The notes: generated by a model not told the origin, from the letters alone. Numbered from the stretch's first letter, positions 1 to 11,407 are shown. The stretch: DNA of 64,000 bases from Obrimoposthia wandeli (GCA_977020255.1 CDROCS010001029.1:1-64000), one strand, 5' to 3'. A program made the numbers and translations.

Positions 1-260
1 ATCAGTACTGAGTAAAGAAATCTTTATCATCAAAAAGAATTAAGAGAAGTATGTCCTAGAAAAACAGACATTGTTAACGTGAATGGTACAGATGTATGTC
101 GGAAGGAACACTGAAATGTTCATTGAATATCGATGGAAGAGTATTACAGTTAAATGCTAGAATATTCTACAGATTTCCAGGTAGTCCAGTCATGATTGGG
201 ATGGACGTAATACGAATGTTTGAAGGAATAATTATACTATCAAACAACAAGAGTTATAAG
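1..260 (+). pseudogene. Retropepsin-like aspartic protease 1 (C-terminal part; catalytic DTG would lie just upstream of the window)
   Basis: Frameshift-corrected reading SVLSKEIF...VNVNG...EGTLKCSLNIDGRVLQLNARIF...SPVMIGMDVIRMF fits the retropepsin flap and ILGMD motifs. Confidence 0.7.
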
Positions 261-469
261 AATGATAGTTCAGTGAGAGAGATAAAAATGTTGAGAGACC
301 TATAGTCGAAAAGGAAAAATGCATTACGTTCCGTATGGGAAGTTCGTACCCAGACAGAAAACAGGAAGCGCTAGCAAAGTCGATACTTCACTACAAAAAT
401 GTAAATTTCGGACCACAAGATACGACGAGGAGAAAATAACATATGTAAATCTGTCAGAAAGGGATCCCA

Positions 470-1461
470 TGAGATTCGAGAGAAAGAGACGAAATATATT
501 AGAACAGTACTATTCAAAGCGAAATGGCACGTAAAATGGCAAGATCAGGTTTAGAAATGCTAAACGCGACAAGTAGTTGGTGAAGTCAGGAGATAGTATG
601 ATGCATGGTGTGTATAAAGTTTAGAGAATGGGAACAGAATGAAAACCTAATGACGTCATAAAAGAGATGCACCAAATTGTCTTCATTTCTTTTGAAACTG
701 AAAAACGTCAAATGTACCAGAACCAAACGGAAAAGCAATCTTATTTCCCGATTACAGTGATGGGATTCCAAAGGAGAATCAGCCTCTTAATAACAGGTAG
801 AGCACAACGAATAGTCGAATTGAAGATATATTCGAAGTTATGCGAGAAGTAAACGAATGTGACGAACAGTATCGAGAAGCAACTTTCGAAGATCCAAGAC
901 TTAAAAATTGGCAAAAGGGATTTTTGCTGGCAAAAAGGATGGTAAAGATGTAATTAAATGCCAAGTGTAAAAAAAAGAACGAATTATCGACAGATACACT
1001 TGAGCTACCTAAGAAAAAATTTTACATCATGAATTTTAAGTAATTTTGTACTTTTAAAAACAAAATAAAGCAAAAAAGAACAGAAACCGAATGTATAATC
1101 GAATACCAAATCACACGAAAAGAGATTTTGGTCAACAAGACACACCGGTAAAAGTCATTCGTGAGAAGGTTATATCCAAAAGAAGCTGGTGAAAGAACCG
1201 AGAATGGGTAGACGAAAATAAACTACGCGAAACGGATACGGATCGATTTTTGAATTACTGCGAGATAAAGATGACAGTACAATTGAAACAAAAGAGAAAA
1301 GAGTACATAAATGAATTAGAATACGTACTAGAAGATCCGAATGCGCAGTTTGCATGGTAGTTTCAGCGGACATGTAAGAACATGTCGGAGATGTGCTAAA
1401 TGAAATGGTATCATGTCCGATTTGTCGAAGAATAGCCAGATCGACAAGTGAGAAACATTAG
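470..1461 (+). pseudogene. IAP-like module: two BIR domains plus C-terminal RING-HC (frameshifted)
   Basis: BIR1: MARSG...CMVC-IKFREWEQNENLMT-HKRDAPNC (602-680). BIR2: REATFE...KLAK.GF...DVIKCQV(C) (873-970). RING: CAVCM...GHVRTCRRCAK...CPICRR (1342-1431). Confidence 0.7.
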
Positions 1462-1529
1462 ATTTCACTATCCAAACATAGGAAGTTTAATTAATAGAAA
1501 ATAATTGATAAATACAATATAAATTATTA

Positions 1530-1850
1530 TGGGAAACATAAATGGAGCACAGCGACCAGCAGCTATCATTAGAGTGGGGGGCCAATTCTAAGAGTAAAAG
1601 CCCTTAATTATACAGGTGCTGGGAAGTCATAGTAAGTGAAGATCGTTTGACAGAGGAACAGAAACGAACAATGCAGAACCAGATGAATTCCTTGGTATCG
1701 GCTTCAATGGAATTCCGTAAAAGTGACGAATATTACCATGTACATTTATAATTGGACGTAATACGACTACTATACCAGTTAGAATCATGAAAGAAATGTC
1801 CTGAACCTACAATTTTAGAACATGTATTATCACAACTCAAAGGGATAAAG
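1530..1850 (+). pseudogene. Retropepsin-like aspartic protease 2 (start of pol)
   Basis: 1595-1650 reads KAL-I(D)TGAGKS(I)VSED after single-base repairs; downstream TFIIGRNTTTIPVRIM...TIL. Confidence 0.75.
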
Positions 1851-2279
1851 CATTGATTTACAAGATCCAAGATTGAAGGATAGCACATCAAACAGACAAA
1901 TAAACTAAAATTGATGTAATTATAGAGAATCCTATAAAATCGGTAAAAGATCACAATTTCTCATTCAAGGCCACACATTATCAGAAGATAAAGCACCAGT
2001 TGTGTTCGAACCATCACGAGATTTCATAGAGAAATACGAATTACTAGAAGTTGTGGTACAGTATGTCTGATCGAAAAACTACAAAAATACCAGTTAGACT
2101 GATGAATACAACCAACAATGACATTCTATTATACAGAGGAATGAGGTTGGGAAAAGGCCATAGCACAGATGGAGAATCCCACCGTGTGCTATGAAACTGA
2201 TAAAGATACGAATGATTTGATGAAGAAATAGTAATCCAATCAGAAAGACTGACAACTAGAGAAAAGACAATTACTTGAT

Positions 2280-3000
2280 CTAATACATAAATTTCCAAAA
2301 GTAATTGCAAAAAATCCATATGACATAGGAGAAACACCTGTCATAAAAACATACAATACCACTGACAGAAGATAAAGAAATGTGAAGAAGACCCATATCA
2401 GAGTACCATTACAATTACAAGATGAAGTAAAAAGTCAGGATCAGAAGATATGTGCCCAAAACAGGAGTAATTAGACCAAGTTGCCATTCTCAGCACCAGT
2501 GGTGCTGGGTAAAAAGAAGGATGGGAAAATGAGATTCTGTATAGATTTCAGAGAACTGAACAAGATCACAAGAAAAGATGTGTATCCATTACCTAGAATC
2601 GAAGAGATGCTCGATAAATTGGGTAATTCAGATTATTTTATTAAACATTAGATTTGCAGAGTGGATAATAAGCAAATCGAGATAGAGGAAGAGGATAAAC
2701 AAAACAGCCTTTTCCTGCGGAGATGGATTATACGAATGCGAAAAAGATGCCAGCCCGGACTGACAGGAGCCCAGCAAATATTTCAGCGTTGCATGAATTT
2801 TGTACTCGCATCGTGTGCAAAACACGATGGCTTATATCGATGACATAATAATATTTTCGAAAACGTTCGGAAATAACATTTAAAAAAATCTCGAAGTTGT
2901 ATTTAAAAGGCTGGAAAACGCTAAATTAAAAGTTAAACCTACAAAATGCAGCGGGCTAAAGAGCGAGTAACATTTTAGATTGGCTATAGTAATTAAAGAA
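2280..3000 (+). pseudogene. Gypsy reverse transcriptase (frameshifted)
   Basis: PFSAPVVL.KKKDGKMRFCIDFRELNKITRKDVYPLPRIEEMLD, GLTGAP.IFQR and MAYIDDIIIFS (YIDD 2833-2844). Confidence 0.95.
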
Positions 3001-3249
3001 GGCATTCGAACGGATCCAGCAAAAGATCAGGTGCAAAAGCGCATTTAGCGCCAAAAGACTGTTATGAGATTACAGAGTTTTTTGTGTCTTGCGAATTACT
3101 ATAGACGATTTTGTTGAACATTTTTCAGATATAGCAAATACCATTGAGAAAGTTGACGAGAAAAGATGAGAAGTTCATATGGGAGAAGAAGCCCAACAAG
3201 CGTTCGACATTTAAAAGAAAGACTGATAAAAGCACCAATATTAGCGTTT

Positions 3250-3630
3250 CCAGATATAAAACCAGACAATTCATACTCATGACAGATGCACTATGCTGTA
3301 GGAGCAGTATTGGGAAGGCAAGAGGATGACGAAGGAAGAGAACACGCTCATTGCGTATGCAAGTAGAGGATTAAACAGAGCCGAAAGAGGACAGGCCTTG
3401 TTATCGAAAAGGAAGGTCTAGCCATAGTATTCATGTAGACAGTACAGACACTATTTGCTAGGACAAAAAGTATTCCTGTATACAGATCACAAACCACTAC
3501 AGTTCTTATATAAACATAGAGATGAGATGAGTAGATTAAACAGATGGTTTCTAAAATTGGCCGAATTCGATCTAGAAATCCGTTATAGAACCGGAAAGTC
3601 GAATGGCAACGCAGATTGTTTATCGAGATT
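3250..3630 (+). pseudogene. Gypsy RNase H (frameshifted)
   Basis: FILMTDA, IAYASRGL, EKEGLAIV, YTDHKPL, RWFLKLAEFDLEIRYRTGKSNGNADCLSRL. Confidence 0.93.
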
Positions 3631-3879
3631 GACAAATGTAGATGAGAAAGGAAACATAATTCCAGAAGAAGATGAAACCAATGACCAAAAAAGGAGAAGC
3701 AAATCTACTGACGATTTTATAAAGACGGGTAAATAGACAAAGAGATCATCAAAGAACAGAAAGAAGATGAAGAACTCTGAGTCTAATCAAAGAATTGCTG
3801 GTGAAAGGAGATCTAAACGATGAAATGACGAAAAATACTGATAAAAGAAGGAATCTTGTATATTGTCAATAATGTCGGA

Positions 3880-5083
3880 AAGATAGTAGTAGTAATTCCG
3901 AAGTCATTGAAAACAGCAGTGATGATCCAGTATCACGACGGAACACTGGGAGGACATCTGTCAAGGAAAGACAATAGCCAGAATCAAAGAGAAGTACCAT
4001 TGGGATGGTATGGAAGACGACATAAAACAATGGTGTAAACAATGTAAAGTATGTTTAACCAGAAAAGACACCGGAACTCGTACTAAAGTTCCGTTGAACT
4101 AATGTACAGTTCCCTTGGTACCAATGGAATTCATGATGGATATATTGGGACCATTGAGAGAATCAAGTAAAGGAAACAAGTATGTCATAGTATTTACGGA
4201 CTACATGACGAGATGGGTAAAGCATTATCCCATGCAGAACCAGAAAGCTGAAACAATAGCGCAAAATCTTTAGTGGAAAGGAGATAATATTTCGATACGG
4301 AGTGCCTTGTGAAAGTTGTTAACGGATCAAGGTAAGAACCCCCACTGAGAAGTCATAAAAGCAGTATCGAAGTATAGCTCTGGAATCATGAAGCAAAACT
4401 TCACTATATCACCCACAGACAGATGGTCTGGTGGAAAGTGTTTTAATAAAACTTTATGTAAGGATGGTACAATCCTATTGCCTTTAGACAAGGCAAGAGG
4501 ATTGGGATAAATATTTACCTTCATGTTTATATGCTTACAGGAATTCAGTTCGAGAGGCGACAGGTCACACACCATTCTATCTGGGATGTATTTCCCTCAG
4601 ACAGAACAATATGCCAATGGATCTGGAGTGGACCGAGCCAACATCCCAGTACCTAGAAACTGAACAATACATTGGGTTGTCGTCATGAAGGAAAGATTAC
4701 AAGATGCTTGGATTCCAAAGCCGGATTGAAGTTGAAATTCAATCAAGAAGTTCTTACAAGGAACAATACGACAAAAAGCAAAAACCACATTACGAATTTA
4801 GAGTCGGAGATCAAGTGATGATATTTTATCCAGTCATCGAACCAGGTCTATCGTTTAAACTTCTCATAGACCATACAAAGGACCATACAAGGTGATCCAG
4901 ACAACCTCAACAAATTTGAAAGTAACCAACGAAGAGAATCGGAACAAAGAACTGATGATTGTACATGCAAATCGATGCAAATTAGTACCAAATAAAGATA
5001 ATGCGTCACGATATGAGTTAAGATCACAGAAATCGAAGCCAAATACCAATACCATTAAGCTTTGCTACACGAATGGTAAGTGA
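3880..5083 (+). pseudogene. Gypsy integrase (HHCC, DDE core, GPY module; frameshifted)
   Basis: YHDGTLGGHLS...WCKQCKVC, MDILGPL, FTDYMTRW, LLTDQG, DGLVE, GPYKVI...VHANRCK. Confidence 0.93.
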
Positions 5084-5099
5084 TCGGAACTACATAAAC

Positions 5100-6480
5100 A
5101 TGATGACGAGTGGTAGCGAGAAAAACCAGCGAGAATTGGTATGCTCAGAATGAAGTGCCAAGAGGAAAAGGAAGTAATCCGACACATCGCACCACAAGAG
5201 ATATTAGAAGAAGACGAAGAGATAATAGTTGTCTTCGAAAACACAACCAACAGATGTGGCGAAAGAAGTCATTGTGAAAGATGCACTGACAAACGAATTT
5301 CTGTGCGAACTTAGAGTGTCATACTATGACGGAATACACTAGTCGCAGCGCTTTATCAAAATTCCAATGTGTTTACGACTGAGAAAGGAGATAAATCGAA
5401 ATCACATTGACACCAAACATAGTTGCATGGCAGAACTATGACAGTACTGAAGCAGGACTAGCCAGTCAGGAAGAAAAAGAACCGGCCGGTGGTCACATAC
5501 TGCATGGTACACCAAAAGACTCAAACAAGAATACCACGATGTAATAATGGTATTACGTAATTCACATGGGAAAAGAGATATCATGAGAGTCCATTTAATC
5601 GACGCTGACACTGAAAAGATAATTTGTCAGATGGACACTAAATATTTTGATGGAAAGACAATTGTATGTTGTATACCAGAATCTCACCGATTAGAGACAG
5701 ATCAAACGGAAGTATCTGTAAGGTTGAGCGTAATAGAAGGATTCCATTCGCCAACCCATCCGGAAGTGACTAACAATAAAATCATCAAAGCAACGGCAGA
5801 GTTACGCATTGACAGCGGATACCGGAAGTGGGAAGCTAAAAATAAAAAGCCACAAAGAATCAATATGATCCGAGAACAAGTGACCAACTCAATCCAGCCA
5901 AAATATCATGCTGAAATAGTATCATCCGCGCCAAGTGTAATTACATCGATAAACGACGAAATTATAATTTTACTAAAATCGATGGCCGTCATCAACCGAG
6001 ATACGAGTAAACTTAATTAATTATGCGAAGACACCGATATCTAAGCTGAATGTTACCTATTTTGATGGATTGTCCATCATGGGTAAATTGAAACAATTGT
6101 CATGTGCTATGGAGCACAGTTCCAAGTTGAGATACTTAAAGATAGTGTAATACCGTATCCGATTCACAAATGAAGGGAAATCAATCCAATTGTTCTGACA
6201 CCTTCATTGGTTTCTGGTTCAGACAGACATACCAGAATACCCCGCTTCGAGCGAGTCTAGTGAAGACAGCGAACCGGAAAGTAACGATACAGAATCAACA
6301 GAATTCGAAGATAACATAATAGAGCGATCTGGAAGAACCATGGAGATTGGAATTCGCTAAAGAGAGCAGAAAAAGACAAACATAGAATTTGTGAAACAGA
6401 ATATACAAGAAAGACGAATTAAATTTCGCAGAGGAGACCGAGTCGGAAGAAGACTCAACAAAGGAACAGACATCAGAGAC
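5100..6480 (+). pseudogene. Unknown post-integrase accessory ORF(s), frameshifted, with acidic linker
   Basis: Purine-rich coding-like sequence including the 157-aa ORF 5547-6020 and S/E/D-rich stretches that run in frame into the DUSP ORF. Confidence 0.45.
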
Positions 6481-6484
6481 AAAG

Positions 6485-7141
6485 ATGAATAATCCTCCAG
6501 CAATACGAATGCTGAGAGGAAAGAAACTGGCAAAACTAACTAACATCGACGAACAGATAGAGAAGAGATTAGAAAGACTAAAACTTGAAGAGTCAGAATT
6601 AATGCCACAAATGAGTGAGATCATTCCAGGTAAGTTGTACCTCGGAAATGTGGAGGATGCAACAGATGAAAAGAAACTGTTGGAACAAGGAATAACATAT
6701 GTGATCAACGTTACAATGAATCACAAATCGCAATATCAGACGATCAGAGCTATGACATTAAGAGTAAAAGACTCAATGGACGCCAATCTTCTCGAATGGT
6801 TCGTAGAAACAAACGAAATACTTCACAGAGAACTCCGGAACAAAGGAAAAGTGTTGGTACATTGTCAGAAAGGAATTTCTCGATCAGCAACCCTAGTATT
6901 AGCATATCTAATAAAGACTAGACGAATGCAGGTACTAGAAGCGTTAAAATACCTACAGGAGAGAAGAAGTATTGCAAACCCAAATCTTAATTTTTTGGGA
7001 CAGTTGGCAAATTACCAACTTCTGTTGCAAGAACAAAGACGGATGGACGACATTCCTGAGGATCCAAAGGAAAAGAATTTCCTCCAAGCATTATCACTGA
7101 CTGGGTTATTTTTAGCCGAGTCGACAAAATTACACAGATAA
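6485..7141 (+). CDS. Dual-specificity protein phosphatase (DUSP/DSPc) carried by the retrotransposon
   Basis: SEIIPGKLYLGN, ITYVINVT, D of LRVKDS, catalytic VLVHCQKGISRSATLVLAYLI, EALKYLQERRSIANPNLNFLGQL. The ORF is uninterrupted. Confidence 0.95.
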   Translation: MNNPPAIRMLRGKKLAKLTNIDEQIEKRLERLKLEESELMPQMSEIIPGKLYLGNVEDATDEKKLLEQGITYVINVTMNHKSQYQTIRAMTLRVKDSMDANLLEWFVETNEILHRELRNKGKVLVHCQKGISRSATLVLAYLIKTRRMQVLEALKYLQERRSIANPNLNFLGQLANYQLLLQEQRRMDDIPEDPKEKNFLQALSLTGLFLAESTKLHR

Positions 7142-7843
7142 TGCCAAAAGTATTTTTATGTCATCCAGGAGATATAGATACTGCTGGATTAAAGTTCCAC
7201 AGTATCAACCGAGTAATCAATATTGTTGAAGTCGGAAACGAGATAATTAGTCTGTGTCAAAATACTGAAGACGACACCACTCGATACATACATGCTTCTA
7301 ATCGAGAGATAAACGATGCACAACAACATCTGACGAAATTGACTCAAACCATCCGCTTGAAGTCACAGAAGGAAACGGCGTTCTGATATATCAGAAAAAG
7401 GTACGATGTTAGCGCCTACCATAGGTGTATCCTTGTTGGTAGAGTACCATGGTCACACGCCAGAAGAAGCGATGGTCTACATCAAACAGAATAGACCGAA
7501 TACGGAATTCAAACCGTTACTCGTTCGAGAAATAGAAAAATACACCGAAAAAAGGAAGCAACAACGAGAAATAAATGAAGCTACAACAACAGTGCCCAGC
7601 TTTCAATACCAAAGATTGCTAGCGATAGGCTTGTTAAGTTGTTTAATGCCGATAACGGGAGCACAAGAAATAGACTCCAACCTCGGAAATAGTTCCTGGT
7701 TCAACGAAATCCAAAATTACACCATACAGTACCATACACCGGCACTGATGATGCTATTAGTATTGTTAGGACTAATTGATGTGTGGATCATCCGAAAATG
7801 TCTTCGATCTATGAGAACCGACAGTAAAGATTTCAGTTTGTAA
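7125..7843 (+). pseudogene. Second, catalytically dead DUSP-like domain followed by signal-like and transmembrane segments
   Basis: Single-base repairs join ITQIMPKVFLC...INRVINIV...KENGVLIY(S)EKGTMLAPTIGVSLL...EEAMVYIKQNRP; then LLAIGLLSCLMPITGA and ALMMLLVLLGLIDVWII. Confidence 0.65.
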
Positions 7844-7845
7844 AG

Positions 7846-9054
7846 ATGAAAAGACCAAATGGACCAACAAACAAAGTGCTTGTGTATCTAGACGAAAGGA
7901 TCGAAGACAACATAGTAAATGAAGCGATATTTTACCCACAAAAAATAGAATACTGAATCAATTCCGAATAGATTACGAAGCTGACCGACAGCACACACTT
8001 GACCGAATATCAACAACATTCGCCGGATGCAAGCGAAGTAAACGAGTAGTAAAGGAAATACAAAAAGATGCTGATACAACAGGACCAACGTATATATTCC
8101 ACGGAGATGTCATCAAGACACGCGAGTATGGAAGTAAGAGAGTAATAATTGAAACAATGGAAGGACATCACACATGCTTGTCCGCCAAAAATGGATTCGG
8201 GAAGTTGACGATACAAGGTAAACCGGTACAGTTGATTATCGGAAGAGATGGAATCGAGGAGATGTCAAAACAACGACAGACAACAAAACGATACAATCAG
8301 AAACAGATATCTCTCAAACGATTGATAATTAAAACCCTTTGTAAAGGTCGGTCAAAGCCCTGTGCACCGTTGCACAAGGATTGATTTATGGAGTAGTAAT
8401 TGGATTGGTACTGCAAGCCATGCCAACCAGTAAAGCCGAATTGATGACACTATCCGAATATAATTTACATTTGAGAAATCTAGACAACACCCTAGAAATA
8501 ATCAAGACATCCCACAGTAGAGCCGTGATGATCATGTGTGTAAAAGGATGTCCAGGACGAATGTATAGTCCCAGCGACCGAAATGATAACACTTAATGGA
8601 CATTATGGAGTTAGTGTTGTCACATGTGAAGACTACATATTTGGACAAACTAAAATAGTGCTTCTCAGTGACATGTCCAACCAAAGTGCACACAAATTTA
8701 AAAATATTAACCATCAAGAGTAAAGGAATACCAGCAGTACGTTATGGTATTCTAGAATTGGTTAATCCAATACTCGCACTGATCATTGGATTTATAATAT
8801 TAATATTACTCATCTTGTTTTGTTGTTCAAAGATAGAGTCGAGATCAAAAAAGAAACGTCATGATCTCGCAAGACGAACAGGTCAAATGAACTTACAAAA
8901 ATTCAACACAATTATACCAAGACCACCATTTCTAGATGAACCAGCACCAGAGTACCAGCCAACGATATATGAACATATTGAGGAAAGACCGTACTATATG
9001 AGTAATTTGACTTGTTTCATTGAAGTTCCTGAGTTTAGAATCGAACGATCATAG
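7846..9054 (+). pseudogene. Accessory ORF ending in a type-I-membrane-like protein (frameshifted)
   Basis: Hydrophobic LIYGVVIGLVLQAMPTSKA, Cys-containing ectodomain, TM ILALIIGFIILILLILFCC, basic stop-transfer, Pro/Tyr-rich tail (PAPEY, IYEHI). Confidence 0.55.
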
Positions 9055-9059
9055 GAATC

Positions 9060-9575
9060 ATGCTGATCGTACAAATCACCACTACCAAGGCTAGTTATGA
9101 GATCATGATCAGTAAATGGAGACAAGACGTAATACGGGCAATATACATAGAAATTCCCTTACTAAAAACAAATCACGTAGTAGACATTCATCTACAGACG
9201 TCAGCAACTGACAATATCGATCAGAAATTGTATGTCATTCGACAGGTCAGAATAAAAATCGACCAAAATACACCTGTTTACAATTTAATATTATTGCATC
9301 ATGAAAGAGTGTTATACCTACGGATAACAATATCAAAGAGGAAGCGGATTATCCAAAGTATCCGAACAAAGTCCTTAATATTACCTAGAGATGAGCGCAT
9401 CTGGAAAATTGTCGACAGGATTATGATCACAGGTAGACGACGTAAAGCCGTATGGAATTCCGTTAGGTTATTTTTCAGATTGCTAGAAACTGACAGCGTG
9501 ACAGTAATGTGTCCCAACCCAGATGGCGTAATCAGATTCGAAATCCAAAGCCAAATGTTAGTACCACATTTTTAA
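9060..9575 (+). CDS. Hypothetical 171-aa basic protein (retroelement accessory ORF)
   Basis: Uninterrupted ATG-TAA ORF packed 5 nt after the previous stop and 6 nt before the next ATG; no family recognised. Confidence 0.6.
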   Translation: MLIVQITTTKASYEIMISKWRQDVIRAIYIEIPLLKTNHVVDIHLQTSATDNIDQKLYVIRQVRIKIDQNTPVYNLILLHHERVLYLRITISKRKRIIQSIRTKSLILPRDERIWKIVDRIMITGRRRKAVWNSVRLFFRLLETDSVTVMCPNPDGVIRFEIQSQMLVPHF

Positions 9576-9581
9576 CACAGA

Positions 9582-10330
9582 ATGTCTGTGTAATCGAATT
9601 GCCAGTAATTCTACAGAGACCTCGACCATAATCATGATAATAACAGGTGAAATATTCTACATAACTCTAAGATACCAGAACCGTCGATTTCGCAGATACG
9701 GTATAAGTATCAAACCCAGGAAAATCATTCCCAGAAGACCAATCCTTAGTCAAAAAGAAGGCAAAGGTAATCGAAAGTAAACGACATTCCAAGAAACCGA
9801 CAGTGATCAAAACAAAGACAGAAGTGAAAGAAAAGAGTCCAATCCCAGAAACCAAAGTACAATTATTAAGAGGACAAGAGTGAGGGGAACGATCCCACTA
9901 GATCCCAAACATCATTTCCAATCCAAAATAATAATACCTGTTCCATCAGAAACAAAACACCCAAATTCCCGAATTTTTAGAAAATCGGACATAATACATG
10001 GAAACCGATCAAAACCCATGGAAATATCATTCGAACCGACAAACGACAAAATGAAGTATGATTATAAAACATCAGACAGCGGAATAACAGCGGTCAATGC
10101 CCTAATTGGAATGGCCGTAGTGTCAACAGCGGTGGTTCTACTTTACAATCGTGTGCGTAAAAGGCAGTCAAGTATGCCCAGGAATACGACGAAAATGCGA
10201 AGGATTGCGATGCTGTGACACACCCATCATGGAGGAAGTGGAATAGACTTACCTCCACCTCCCATCAAGATATGATGAGTCTGAGGAGGTTGTAGATAAA
10301 TCAGTGTGTGAAATATGTAGAAATATCTAG
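9582..10330 (+). pseudogene. Accessory single-pass membrane protein (frameshifted)
   Basis: ATG at 9582; ORF piece 9880-10218 contains TM AVNALIGMAVVSTAVVLLY followed by RVRKR; polyproline segment near 10250. Confidence 0.5.
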
Positions 10331-10398
10331 AAGCGATTGTACAAATAGTAGAAGTATATAAAACTCATGTAGAAATTAATCATCATCATGTATTTAGA

Positions 10399-10760
10399 AT
10401 GGCCGAAGAATGCCCAATATGTTTAGAAGATCTAACCGAACGAAGAACAAGACCCGAAACCTGCAACCATTTACACCACGAGGAATGTTTATCGACATGG
10501 ATCAGAACTTATGGACAGTTCGGACACCCAACATACCCTCGTTGCCCTATATGCAGAAGACAATTCGCAAGATTCGTCATGTTAGAACCCAACCAAAGGG
10601 ATGTATATGTACAGGTGGTATTCTGCTGGAAGAATTTCGGAGAGTGTTGGTGTTATTACTGTTTGTCAGATCGACAAAATCAGACCACTTTTTGTGTAAA
10701 GATCACACAACCACCAGTCCTCAATCGAGCCCAAATTCAACATCAACCCTCCCACAGTAA
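10399..10760 (+). CDS. RING-H2 protein 1 (probable frameshift near 10700)
   Basis: C-x2-C-x13-C-x-H-x2-H-x2-C-x18-C-x2-C, followed by CWK-x4-CWC-x2-C. Confidence 0.85.
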
Positions 10761-11065
10761 TGTCTGGAGAATGTTCCATCTGCTACGAGAGCATCGTGGA
10801 CTTCTACACCAAGCCCAACAACTGCGATCACCTTTTCCACGTCGAATGCCTCGAGACGTGGATCCCCATCGCAAACAGCAACAACCCCCTCGACTTCCCA
10901 ACCTGCCCGATGTGCAGAGCGACCTTCTCAGTACACTACGTGTACAACCAAGACAGCCTCCAAGCAGTGGTACCCATCGTACACTGCTGGAAAACCATCT
11001 GCGATTGCTGGTGCTCGTTCTGCGTGGAGGAGCGAAGCACAGGCCAGCCCAATCCCCAACAATAA
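10760..11065 (+). CDS. RING-H2 protein 2 (paralogue of RING 1)
   Basis: Intact 101-aa ORF with the same RING-H2 spacing as RING 1 and the same CWK-x4-CWC-x2-C tail. Confidence 0.9.
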   Translation: MSGECSICYESIVDFYTKPNNCDHLFHVECLETWIPIANSNNPLDFPTCPMCRATFSVHYVYNQDSLQAVVPIVHCWKTICDCWCSFCVEERSTGQPNPQQ

Positions 11066-11407
11066 TCGAAGGTAACTTTCTGACTTGAACGTGACATCAT
11101 GAACTTTACCCTGTGTATCGCATACCGCGATAAATTAGCTACCATAATTGTAATCATAATTATATAATCTTGTGAACTGTAAATTGACCATTACCATTTT
11201 TATGTATGATGTTTAACTGAAATTGTAATTATTATACTGAATTTCTAAAAAAGACAATTTTTATGCTTAGTGTGAATGCGTAAACATGCCTAAAATCGAA
11301 ACAAAACTCGGTAGGATTAGATAACTAAGGATTCATTTTGAAACAAAAATTAAATTAACGATGAGAACGGTGAACCCCAAATTGAAAGGAGTCAATTTCT
11401 CATGCAG

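Noticed and set aside
6295-6708. Ser-rich minus-strand ORF (and other antisense ORFs over pol, mariner and piggyBac)
   Set aside because: Shadow frames of plus-strand coding sequence.
7139-7143. TAATG stop-restart (termination-reinitiation) signal after DUSP
   Set aside because: Adding one A upstream fuses the frames into ITQIMPKVFLC, homologous to the start of domain 1, so a frameshift explains it.
10245-10285. PPxY late domain in the 9582 membrane protein
   Set aside because: Reads PPPP / PSRY across a frameshift; not an exact PPxY.
5100-10330. Canonical retroviral env gene
   Set aside because: No large ectodomain with furin site, fusion peptide and TM was recognisable; the membrane proteins found are small.
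10399-11088. Single 229-aa RING protein as in the ORF track
   Set aside because: Its 3' half is an alternate frame overlapping the clearly real RING2 ORF; a frameshift near 10700 ending at TAA 10760 is more parsimonious.
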